Source: Bacteroidota bacterium
GTDB taxonomy: Bacteria > Bacteroidota > Bacteroidia > Flavobacteriales > Flavobacteriaceae
Direction: 5' to 3'
DNA: 64,000 bases
Assembly: GCA_048498055.1 (NCBI GenBank)
Contig: JBEHYS010000014.1
Location: 10,624-74,623 of the forward strand
The position numbers and the translations under genes are program-made. Positions 46,440 through 55,298 of the stretch are shown in pieces (within the stretch, counting starts at the first letter, position 1; each line of letters opens with the position of its first letter). The notes under the pieces are model-generated. The model was given only the letters and a program-made list of their open reading frames with translations. It did no database searches and was not told the DNA's origin.

Positions 46440-49184
46440 TTACCTGATTGTCCGGTCAGGCTGGTTCCGTTTTTCCCATTTCACGTCGCTGAGCACGCCG
46501 GCCTTGATGCCGATGAAGAAATTCCAATACGGATTGTCGCCAAACGGCGTCCAGTTGAAATCCATCCGCCAGCTCAGCAAATCTCTTTCGAAACGGAATT
46601 GCGTAAAGGTAACGCCTTTCTGGACGAAATCGTAGCCGGTCGAAACCCCGACTTTCCATTTGGACGTCACGTCGGCGTTGGCCGAAATCATCAGCGAGTT
46701 TCCGGTGATTTTCTTATCTCGACGTTCGTTGGAATAGGTGAGTGAGTAGGCAAGTGTCATGCTCCAGGGTAATTTGGCATTGAAAAACCCTGCAAATTCT
46801 TCTTGTTTGTCGTCGTCTTCGTCGTTGAACTGGCTTTCGCGCCGGTCGCTGAAATCGGTATTGCTCCCGAAAAGATCGTCTTCGCGGCCGCCGTTGCGCA
46901 AGCCCTGATTGTTGTCTTTTTTCTTGTTTTTCTCATCGCCGCCGCTTGCAAGCGAATAGCCCAAAGTCATGTTTCCGCTCGTCATCCGGAAAAGACTTCC
47001 TCCGTTATTGACATTGAACGTGTTGATCCTGCGCCCGCCATTGTCTATCGCATAAGGGTCGAGCGTTGCCGCAAAGTTCACGTTCATCTTTTCCTTGAAC
47101 AAAAGCGTTCCGCCGCTCACGCGCAACGGCGCCCATTTCAGGGAATCGGCAGCGACGTTATAACTTGTGGAAAAATTCAGGTTGTTGAGCAGCATGATTT
47201 TCTTGGGTTCGGTTTTCGTGCTGTCGCGGTCGGTGACTTTTGCCTCGAGCGTATTATTAAGGGAAAACCCGACGACATTGGAATATGTCCGGCCCGGCAC
47301 GCCGAAAATCCCGCCCTCAAAACGCGTATAATCCTTGAGCATCGTGCCGCTTCCGTCCGGATCGTACGTGTCATAATATTTGTCGAAACTCGGTACATAG
47401 CTCATTGAAACCGACGGACGCATGACGTGCCGGATCGATTTGATTTTCTTGTCCTCGCCGAAGTTGAACATCCCGTAAATCGTGGTTCCGATGCTCGATG
47501 AAAATGAATAGGTCCGGAACGCGTCGAATCCGTTGACGTTGCTGGTTACGAGCGAATCCAGGACCTGATCGTAAGCTTTACGTATGGTTTTGAGATACCA
47601 GACTTCCTGGTAATTTGCCGTCGCGGTCGCGCTGAAATACTTGAAAATCTTGAAGTTCGTACTGATCGGTATCTGATGCTGGAAACCAACTCTCGCATCG
47701 TCGAACATCTTTTTCGTAAAGAATTCGCTGTCAGTGGTTTGTATGTCGTTCTTGGCCAGCAGACTGTATTGCAGGTTGATGTTCTTGAAAATGCCTTTTT
47801 TGATGCCTTCCTTCGGCGCAAAAGGAAAAATGCGATCAACACTTACCTGAAGCGTCGGAAGCGTCATGTTGATGGTTTCAGTCTGGGTGTTTTGCGAATG
47901 CGTCGCCGTTACCGACATATTGACCTGCGGCACCGAATTGAATGTCTTTGAATAAGAAATCGACGAACTCAGCGTGTTGTTGAGCTGCGAGCCCACATTG
48001 ACCTGATTGATCGATTGCTGGTAATACTTGCTGCTCCCGAGGTTGACCGAGGCCGAAAACCGCGAATTGGGGTTCGATTTCGGGTCTTTCGAGTGCGACC
48101 ACTGGATGTTGTAGATGTTGGTTTTCGAATAATCGGGAAAACCGCGCTCGCTGTTGATCAGGTTCTCGAACCGCACGTTAATATTGCCGCGAAATTTGTA
48201 TCGTTTTGCATAATTCGATTCGAAACGCATTCCGTAACTGCCGTTCGTGTAATAATCGCCGAGTATCGCGAGGTCGTAATTGTCGCTCAGGGCGAAGTAA
48301 TATCCGCCGTTCTGGAGCGAATAGCCGCGCTGGGCCGAATCGCCGTAGGTCGGGACGAGAATTCCCGAAGTCGCTTTCTGGGTCATCGGAAAAAATGCGA
48401 ACGGCAACCCGAGCGGCGTCGGAACGTCTGCAATCACAAGATAGGTCAGCCCGACGACGACTTTCTTCTGCGGGACGAGCTTCACTTTTTGCGCCTGGAA
48501 ATAATACTCCGGGTGCTCGATGTCTTTGGCAGTCGTAAAGCGCGCATTTTTCATGAAATAGACCGAATCGTTTTCCTTTTTCGAGATTTCGGCCTTGACG
48601 TTGAACTCACCCTGATTGGTACGCGAATTCCAGACGAGCGCTTTTTTGGTCTTGAAGTTGAACCGGATCGAATCGGGTTCGACAACGTTCGTTCCCTGCT
48701 TGAAAACAGGCAGTTGCGTATAGTTTCCGGTGGAATCCTTTATGCGCCCGGCGTAGACTTCGTTCTTTTCGTAATCCATGATGATGACGCCCGATTTGAG
48801 CTCGATATCCTGGTAATACAATTCGGCCTGGTCATATAGCGTTATAAGCTTGTGCTTCTGGTCGATCTTGGCGTATTTTTCGGCTTTGTACTTGATTTTG
48901 TCGGAAAGCAGCGGCTTTTTGGCTTTGGTTGTGTCCTGCGGCTTGAGCGCTGCGGCGAGTCCGGGAACGTCGATGGTTTGCAGTTTGGTGCTATCGGGCT
49001 GTTTTTCAGCGGCTGCCGGAACGGTCTTCAGGACAGGTTCCTGGGCATGGACTTTCGCAGCGCAAATTGTTAGGAAAATTGCTGATAAAACGATATTAAA
49101 TAAGTTTGTCTGCAAAGGTTTAAATACTACTTTTGTAAAAATATGGTGTAATTTTGACGCAAACTTACTGCTTATTTTTGTCAA
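46440..49184 (-). CDS. lptD: Putative LPS assembly protein, Bacteroidota LptD-like
   Basis: OstA-like N-terminal region and a large C-terminal beta-barrel; divergent from an amidase and mlaD. Start is uncertain (TTG 49184 or slightly downstream). Confidence 0.78.
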   Translation of the reverse strand: MTKISSKFASKLHHIFTKVVFKPLQTNLFNIVLSAIFLTICAAKVHAQEPVLKTVPAAAEKQPDSTKLQTIDVPGLAAALKPQDTTKAKKPLLSDKIKYKAEKYAKIDQKHKLITLYDQAELYYQDIELKSGVIIMDYEKNEVYAGRIKDSTGNYTQLPVFKQGTNVVEPDSIRFNFKTKKALVWNSRTNQGEFNVKAEISKKENDSVYFMKNARFTTAKDIEHPEYYFQAQKVKLVPQKKVVVGLTYLVIADVPTPLGLPFAFFPMTQKATSGILVPTYGDSAQRGYSLQNGGYYFALSDNYDLAILGDYYTNGSYGMRFESNYAKRYKFRGNINVRFENLINSERGFPDYSKTNIYNIQWSHSKDPKSNPNSRFSASVNLGSSKYYQQSINQVNVGSQLNNTLSSSISYSKTFNSVPQVNMSVTATHSQNTQTETINMTLPTLQVSVDRIFPFAPKEGIKKGIFKNINLQYSLLAKNDIQTTDSEFFTKKMFDDARVGFQHQIPISTNFKIFKYFSATATANYQEVWYLKTIRKAYDQVLDSLVTSNVNGFDAFRTYSFSSSIGTTIYGMFNFGEDKKIKSIRHVMRPSVSMSYVPSFDKYYDTYDPDGSGTMLKDYTRFEGGIFGVPGRTYSNVVGFSLNNTLEAKVTDRDSTKTEPKKIMLLNNLNFSTSYNVAADSLKWAPLRVSGGTLLFKEKMNVNFAATLDPYAIDNGGRRINTFNVNNGGSLFRMTSGNMTLGYSLASGGDEKNKKKDNNQGLRNGGREDDLFGSNTDFSDRRESQFNDEDDDKQEEFAGFFNAKLPWSMTLAYSLTYSNERRDKKITGNSLMISANADVTSKWKVGVSTGYDFVQKGVTFTQFRFERDLLSWRMDFNWTPFGDNPYWNFFIGIKAGVLSDVKWEKRNQPDRTIR

Positions 49185-49243
49185 AAATAAACAAATAATG
49201 CAATTAGAGTCGGGCGTTTAAATTAAATTAACTTTTACTTCCA

Positions 49244-50443
49244 ATGGGTATATCAAATAAATTCTCCGCCGGTTTTTTTCTTTTTTTCGTTGCTTTTTCC
49301 CTTTCATCATACAGTCAGTCCAACAAATTCAAAGTGACGCTCGATGCCGGTCACGGCGGTAAGGATTTTGGCGCCTGCTACAACGGCCATATCGAAAAGA
49401 ACGTCGCGTTGGCCGTGACGCTGAAAGTGGGTAAAATCCTTGAAAATACCCCGGGCTTTGAAGTCAATTACACGCGCAAGACCGATGTTTTTATCGACCT
49501 GATCGAACGGGCGAACATCGCCAACCGCGTCGACGCCAACATTTTCGTCTCGATGCACTGTAACGCAAACAAGAATACCGCGGCCGCAGGAACCGAAAGT
49601 TATGTAATGGGTACGACCAAAAACGCGTCGAACCTCGAGGTTGCGAAAACGGAAAACGCCGTGATCACGCTCGAAAAGGACTACAAGCAAAAATATTCCG
49701 GATACGACCCAAAAGATCCGGCTTCCCTAGTCAGCACGTCCATCGTACAGGAAGAATTCATAGAAAACAGCATCACACTGGCCAGCAAGGTGCAGGATCA
49801 GTTCACCGACAAACTGGGGAAGAAAAGCCGAGGCGTAAAACAAGCGCCGTATATGGTTTTGCACAAAGCGTATATGCCGCGAATCCTGATCGAAATGGGT
49901 TTCATCTCAAATCCTGAAGACGGCGCCGACCTCGATTCGGATTCGGGACAGGACCGATTGGCCCGCGCGATTGCCGATGCGATCATCAGCTACAAAAAAG
50001 AATATTACGGCAACGGCGGCGAAATCGACAACGATGCGATAAAGCCTTCGCAAAGGGTAGAACCGGCTGTTGTTTCCAAGGAAGAACCCGCCGATCCGGA
50101 TTCGATTCCGGTTAAAGCGCCCGTCAAGGCTCCGGTAAAAACACCGCAAACAAAACCGGAAACACCGGTTGCGACAATACCGGAAAGCAATATCGTCTTT
50201 AAGGTCCAACTCGCGGTCAGCAGCAACAAGCTCGAACTGACGCCTGCCAATTTCAACGGGCTTGGCGCGCTTTCGGTGATTCAGGCCAATAACCTTTACA
50301 AATACATGTACGGCCAGACCGGCGATTACAACGAAGCGCGCAGATTGATGCAGGAAGCCAAATCCAAAGGCTACAATGAAGCGTTCGTCATCGCATTTAA
50401 GGACGGAAAGAAAATCAGCATACAGGAAGCCATAAAACATTAA
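49244..50443 (+). CDS. N-acetylmuramoyl-L-alanine amidase (Amidase_3) with a C-terminal SPOR-like domain
   Basis: LDAGHGGKD, E, SMHCN and IEMGFISN; Pro-rich linker; TAATTTTG box at 49149-49156. Confidence 0.92.
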   Translation: MGISNKFSAGFFLFFVAFSLSSYSQSNKFKVTLDAGHGGKDFGACYNGHIEKNVALAVTLKVGKILENTPGFEVNYTRKTDVFIDLIERANIANRVDANIFVSMHCNANKNTAAAGTESYVMGTTKNASNLEVAKTENAVITLEKDYKQKYSGYDPKDPASLVSTSIVQEEFIENSITLASKVQDQFTDKLGKKSRGVKQAPYMVLHKAYMPRILIEMGFISNPEDGADLDSDSGQDRLARAIADAIISYKKEYYGNGGEIDNDAIKPSQRVEPAVVSKEEPADPDSIPVKAPVKAPVKTPQTKPETPVATIPESNIVFKVQLAVSSNKLELTPANFNGLGALSVIQANNLYKYMYGQTGDYNEARRLMQEAKSKGYNEAFVIAFKDGKKISIQEAIKH

Positions 50444-50470
50444 CAACGAACCAATCTAAAATCCAAGCCA

Positions 50471-51442
50471 TTGAAAATCTCCAGAGAAATAAAAACCGCC
50501 ATCCTGGTCATCGCTTCCATCCTTTTGTTTATTTGGGGCTACAGCTTCCTCAAAGGACGCGATTTGCTGACCAGCTATAAAGAATTGTACGTGCGTTACG
50601 ACAACGTGGAAGGATTGGCGATGTCGGCGCCGGTAACCCTGAACGGGTTCGTGATCGGCAAGGTCAATAAGATCGAGCTTCAGAACAAAACCGGACATTT
50701 CATCGTACAAATGCAGATCAAAAGCGATTTTCCGATTGCCAAATCGAGCGAGGCCAACATCTACGAACCGGGATTCATCGGTGGCAAGCAGATCCAGATC
50801 GTACCGAATTTCACCGACCCGACGATTGCCGAATCGGGGGATTTCCTTCCGGGACATATCATTCCGGGCGCCATTTCCTCATTGGCCGAAAAACTGACGC
50901 CGCTACAGGAAAAAGTCGAGAAAATGGTTGTCAGCGCCGATGCCGTGCTCAAAAACGTAAATTCCGTGCTCGATGAAAAGACCAAGGCCAACCTCCGCAG
51001 CAGTATCGCAAACCTCGACGCTACGCTGGCCGAGTTCAAGACCGCTTCGCATAATGTCAACGATATGCTGGCCGACAACAAATCCAAAATCAATAATACG
51101 CTGACGAATTTCGATAAGGCGTCTGCGAATTTCTCGAAAATCTCCGATTCGATCGCGAAAGCGGATTTGGGAAAGACAATCAAAAAACTGGAAACCACGC
51201 TCGACAACACCAACAAGATCGTCGCCGACCTCAATGCCGGAAAAGGCTCGATGGGCAAGCTGCTCAAAGACGATGCGCTGTATACGAATTTTACGAAAAC
51301 ATCGAAAGAACTTGAGCTTTTGCTTCAGGATTTGCGGCTGAATCCGACGCGGTACATCAACGTGTCGCTGTTCGGAAAAAAGAACAAGCCGTATGTTGCA
51401 CCCAAAGTAACCGATACGGTTTCGACTGCGCTAAAAAAATAG
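50471..51442 (+). CDS. mlaD: MlaD/MCE family protein
   Basis: N-terminal TM, GL...APVTLNGFVIGKV MCE motif, helical C-terminus. Confidence 0.88.
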   Translation: MKISREIKTAILVIASILLFIWGYSFLKGRDLLTSYKELYVRYDNVEGLAMSAPVTLNGFVIGKVNKIELQNKTGHFIVQMQIKSDFPIAKSSEANIYEPGFIGGKQIQIVPNFTDPTIAESGDFLPGHIIPGAISSLAEKLTPLQEKVEKMVVSADAVLKNVNSVLDEKTKANLRSSIANLDATLAEFKTASHNVNDMLADNKSKINNTLTNFDKASANFSKISDSIAKADLGKTIKKLETTLDNTNKIVADLNAGKGSMGKLLKDDALYTNFTKTSKELELLLQDLRLNPTRYINVSLFGKKNKPYVAPKVTDTVSTALKK

Positions 51443-51445
51443 ATT

Positions 51446-52777
51446 ATGGCATATCTCGACAATATCTTATTTGCGGTTATATTGGCGATCGGCGTCGGTT
51501 ATTTTACGATAAACGTCAAAAAGCTGATCCGGAACATCAGGCTCGGACAGGATATCGACCGCTGGGATAATCCTGCGGCGCGCTGGGGCAATATGGCGCT
51601 CATCGCGCTCGGACAGTCCAAAATGGTCCGCCGGCCGATCGCGGGAGTTTTGCATATCATCGTTTATGCAGGATTTGTCATCATCAACCTCGAAGTGCTC
51701 GAAATCATCATCGACGGGCTTTTCGGGACGCATCGGATATTCTCGTTCCTTGGCGGTTTTTACAGCTTTTTGATCGGGTCGTTCGAGGTCTTGGCGCTGT
51801 TGGTTCTGGTTGCCGTCATTGTGTTTTTGATCCGGAGAAACATCATCAGGCTCAGGCGTTTTATCCATTCCGATCTTAAAGGCTGGCCGAAAAGCGACGC
51901 CAATTACATCCTGTATTTCGAAGTCGTATTGATGACTTTATTCCTTTTGATGAACGCCGCCGATTATCATTTGCAACATATCGATGGCGGATTCGGGCAT
52001 TATACGCAGGCCGGCGCGTTTCCCGTCTCGCAATACGTTTCGGCTATTTTCGACGGAATGAATCCGAGCGTCGTCGGATTGCTCGAACGTGGATTTTGGT
52101 GGTTGCATATTTGCGGAATTCTGGTATTTCTAAATTATCTGTATTTCTCGAAACACCTTCATATTTTGCTGGCTTTTCCGAACACTTATTTTGCCGATTT
52201 GAATCCGAAAGGCAAATTCGACAACCTCGAATCGGTGACCAATGAGGTCAAGCTGATGATGGACCCGAATGCCGATCCATTCGCAGCACCTGCAAATCCG
52301 GATGCAACCCCGGCAAAATTCGGGGCGAGCGATGTACAGGATCTGAATTGGGTGCAATTGCTCAACGCTTACACGTGTACCGAATGCGGCCGGTGCACTT
52401 CGTCCTGTCCGGCAAATCTGACGGGCAAGAAGCTTTCGCCGCGGAAAATAATGATGGATACGCGCGACCGGCTGGAAGAGGTCGGCAGAAATATCGATGC
52501 GAATAAGGGAGTTTTCGTGCCCGATAACAAGATGCTGCTCAACGATTACATTACGCCTGAAGAAATCTGGGCCTGTACCTCGTGCAATGCTTGCGTGGAA
52601 GAATGCCCGGTCAACATCAGCCCGCTGTCGATCATCATGGACATGAGGCGTTACCTGGTCATGGAGCAAAGCGCGGCACCGATGTCGCTGAACGCGATGA
52701 TGGCCAATGTGGAAAACAACGGTGCGCCCTGGCCGTACAACCAACAGGACCGGCTGAATTGGAAAAATGAAAATTAA
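51446..52777 (+). CDS. Membrane Fe-S oxidoreductase subunit (TM region plus 4Fe-4S dicluster)
   Basis: CTECGRCTSSCP and CTSCNACVEECP; SKHLH; multiple TM segments. Confidence 0.9.
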   Translation: MAYLDNILFAVILAIGVGYFTINVKKLIRNIRLGQDIDRWDNPAARWGNMALIALGQSKMVRRPIAGVLHIIVYAGFVIINLEVLEIIIDGLFGTHRIFSFLGGFYSFLIGSFEVLALLVLVAVIVFLIRRNIIRLRRFIHSDLKGWPKSDANYILYFEVVLMTLFLLMNAADYHLQHIDGGFGHYTQAGAFPVSQYVSAIFDGMNPSVVGLLERGFWWLHICGILVFLNYLYFSKHLHILLAFPNTYFADLNPKGKFDNLESVTNEVKLMMDPNADPFAAPANPDATPAKFGASDVQDLNWVQLLNAYTCTECGRCTSSCPANLTGKKLSPRKIMMDTRDRLEEVGRNIDANKGVFVPDNKMLLNDYITPEEIWACTSCNACVEECPVNISPLSIIMDMRRYLVMEQSAAPMSLNAMMANVENNGAPWPYNQQDRLNWKNEN

Positions 52778-52839
52778 TAAGCGAAAATTCTCTTATAAAG
52801 TGAGGTTAAGGGTGTTTTTAATGCAACATTAGAAACAAA

Positions 52840-53286
52840 ATGAAAACGAAAGACATTGACAAAAACCTCGTGGCGGCAACTGAAAACGGCAAGCACATCA
52901 GCCCGATTTTGCCCGAGGGAATCAAGAATTACCTGATCGATATCGACGGAACGATCTGCGACGATATCCCGAACGAGGAACCGGAGCGGATGCTGACTGC
53001 GGGAGTCTATCCGGACGCCCTGATTACGCTGAATAAATGGTATGATGAAGGTCACGTCATCTTTTTCTTTACCTCGCGAACCGAAGCGCACCGCGAATAT
53101 ACCGAAAGCTGGCTTAAAAAGCACGGGTTCAAATATCACGGGATGGTGATGGGAAAACCGCGAGGCGGCAATTATCACTGGATCGACAATCATTTGGTGA
53201 AGGCGACGCGGTATCGCGGGAAGTTTACCGATCTGGTCGAAAAAGAAGTCACGATCCAGGTTTTCGACGACGAAAAGCAAGAATAG
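52840..53286 (+). CDS. Small HAD-superfamily phosphatase-like protein
   Basis: DIDGTIC (DxD motif), FFTSR and MGKP. Confidence 0.75.
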   Translation: MKTKDIDKNLVAATENGKHISPILPEGIKNYLIDIDGTICDDIPNEEPERMLTAGVYPDALITLNKWYDEGHVIFFFTSRTEAHREYTESWLKKHGFKYHGMVMGKPRGGNYHWIDNHLVKATRYRGKFTDLVEKEVTIQVFDDEKQE

Positions 53287-53341
53287 TTATTGTGGATGTG
53301 GATTCGAAGGCTTCGGATTCCACAAAACCAAAATCATAAAA

Positions 53342-54130
53342 ATGGAAGAACTCAAAGTACCGACCATGGCCGAAATGCTGGCCGAAGGCAAACAGCCCGA
53401 AGTTTTGTTCTGGGTTGGCTGTGCCGGAAGTTTTGACGACCGGGCAAAAAAAATCACGAAAGCGTTCGTTAAGATACTGAACCGCGCAAATGTTTCGTTC
53501 GCGGTCCTCGGGACGGAAGAAAGCTGCAACGGCGATCCGGCGAAAAGGGCAGGGAACGAGTTTTTGTTCCAGATGCAGGCGCTGATGAATATCGAGGTGC
53601 TGAATGCCTATGAAGCGAAGAAAATCGTTACGGCCTGCCCGCATTGCTTCAATACTTTGAAAAACGAATACCCCGAACTCGGAGGTCATTACGAGGTCAT
53701 CCATCATACGCAATTCCTGAAATCGCTTTTGGATGCAGGGCGTTTGACGATCGAGGGCGGGCAATTCAAAGGTAAAAAAATTACGTTCCACGATCCGTGT
53801 TATCTCGGACGCGCAAACGGCGTTTATGAAGCGCCGCGCGAGTTGATCCGGAAACTCGACGCCGAACTAGTCGAAATGAAGCGCTCGCGTTCCAACGGGC
53901 TTTGCTGTGGTGCCGGCGGCGCCCAGATGTTCAAGGATGCCGAGCCGGGCGATAAGGAAATCAACATCGAGCGCACCGAGGAAGCGCTCGAAACCCAGTC
54001 GTCGATCATTGCTGCGGGCTGTCCGTTCTGCAATACGATGCTGACCGACGGCGTCAAAAGCAAAGAAAGGGAACAGAACGTGAAAGTGATGGACGTCGCC
54101 GAACTCATCGCAAACGCGCAGGACTTGTAA
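53342..54130 (+). CDS. CCG-domain (Fe-S)-binding protein, GlpC/HdrB-like
   Basis: Motifs WVGC, CNGD, TACPHC, HDPCYLGR, CCGAGG and GCPFC. Confidence 0.9.
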   Translation: MEELKVPTMAEMLAEGKQPEVLFWVGCAGSFDDRAKKITKAFVKILNRANVSFAVLGTEESCNGDPAKRAGNEFLFQMQALMNIEVLNAYEAKKIVTACPHCFNTLKNEYPELGGHYEVIHHTQFLKSLLDAGRLTIEGGQFKGKKITFHDPCYLGRANGVYEAPRELIRKLDAELVEMKRSRSNGLCCGAGGAQMFKDAEPGDKEINIERTEEALETQSSIIAAGCPFCNTMLTDGVKSKEREQNVKVMDVAELIANAQDL

Positions 54131-54153
54131 GTGCGGACATTAAGCAATCGACT

Positions 54154-54765
54154 GTGGATAAAAAGATAATATTACTCTGCCTTTTGGCTTTAACCGGAAC
54201 GATGTCTTATGCGCAGGACATTATCGAGACGCTGGCCAATGAAACCTGCAGCTGCCTGCAGGCCAGGAAACTCGATTTGGACAAGCTTTCGGGCGACCAG
54301 ATTGAAAACGAGTTCGTTACGTGTTTTTTTGCCAATTACGGCAAGCATACCGACGAAGTCCAGAAAGTCGAAAAGCTCGATTTCGGAAATGAAGAGCAGA
54401 TGACCAAATTCGGGGAAAAGGTCGCTTTGAAGATGATTACCGTCTGCCCGGATATAATCATGGCGATGGGACGCGCCGATGACGGCAATAATGTGGCAGC
54501 TATCGAACCGCAATTCCTGAGTGTTGACGGTGAAATCACCGAAATAAAGACCGACGGGTTTGTTACCATCGTCGTAAAGGACAAGAACGCGCGGCTGTAT
54601 AATTTTGCCCTGCTGAATTATTTCGAAACCGCGTCGTTATACACTAACGGCAAGCTGAAAAAAAACGACAAAGTGAAAGTGAGCTATTCCGAAATGGAAT
54701 TATATGATACGAAAGCCAAAGAGTTCCGGTACTACAAAGTAATCACCGGCCTCGAAAAAAAGTAA
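54154..54765 (+). CDS. Hypothetical exported protein
   Basis: Signal peptide SYA-Q; Cys pairs in a helical N-terminal part; beta-rich C-terminus. Confidence 0.7.
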   Translation: MDKKIILLCLLALTGTMSYAQDIIETLANETCSCLQARKLDLDKLSGDQIENEFVTCFFANYGKHTDEVQKVEKLDFGNEEQMTKFGEKVALKMITVCPDIIMAMGRADDGNNVAAIEPQFLSVDGEITEIKTDGFVTIVVKDKNARLYNFALLNYFETASLYTNGKLKKNDKVKVSYSEMELYDTKAKEFRYYKVITGLEKK

Positions 54766-54806
54766 TAACCTAAACACGATTAAACTGTATAGTTTATCTC
54801 CATACG

Positions 54807-55289
54807 ATGTATATCCCGTTTGAAAACCTGCCCGAAGAATCCCGGATCTGGATTTACCAGTCCAATCGAAAATTTACCGATGCCGAATTCGCCGAAATCG
54901 ATACCGCGACGCGCCGTTTCGTCGAAGGCTGGGCCGCGCACGGCGCCGGACTTGAAGCGTCATATCAGTTAAAATACAACCGATTCATTATCCTGGCCGT
55001 CAATCAGGAGCATCACGGGGCAAGCGGCTGCTCGATCGATGATTCAGTCCGATTTATCCAAAGTCTTGAAAAGCAATACGATGTAGATCTGCTCGACAAG
55101 ATGAACGTCACTTTCAGGCTCGGCGAGCACATCGCACACAAATCTTTGATGGATTTCAAGAAAATGGCCAAGGAAAAAGCCGTCTCCGGGAACACCATCG
55201 TCTTTAATAATCTCGTAAATACAGTAGGCGAGTGGAACGAATTCTGGGAAGTTCCGGCCCTGGAGAGCTGGCACAGCCGGTTTTTTTAA
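54807..55289 (+). CDS. Conserved Bacteroidota hypothetical protein
   Basis: Motifs SRIWIYQS, WAAHG and ASGCSID; no Walker motifs visible. Confidence 0.8.
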   Translation: MYIPFENLPEESRIWIYQSNRKFTDAEFAEIDTATRRFVEGWAAHGAGLEASYQLKYNRFIILAVNQEHHGASGCSIDDSVRFIQSLEKQYDVDLLDKMNVTFRLGEHIAHKSLMDFKKMAKEKAVSGNTIVFNNLVNTVGEWNEFWEVPALESWHSRFF

Positions 55290-55298
55290 AATTATCCG

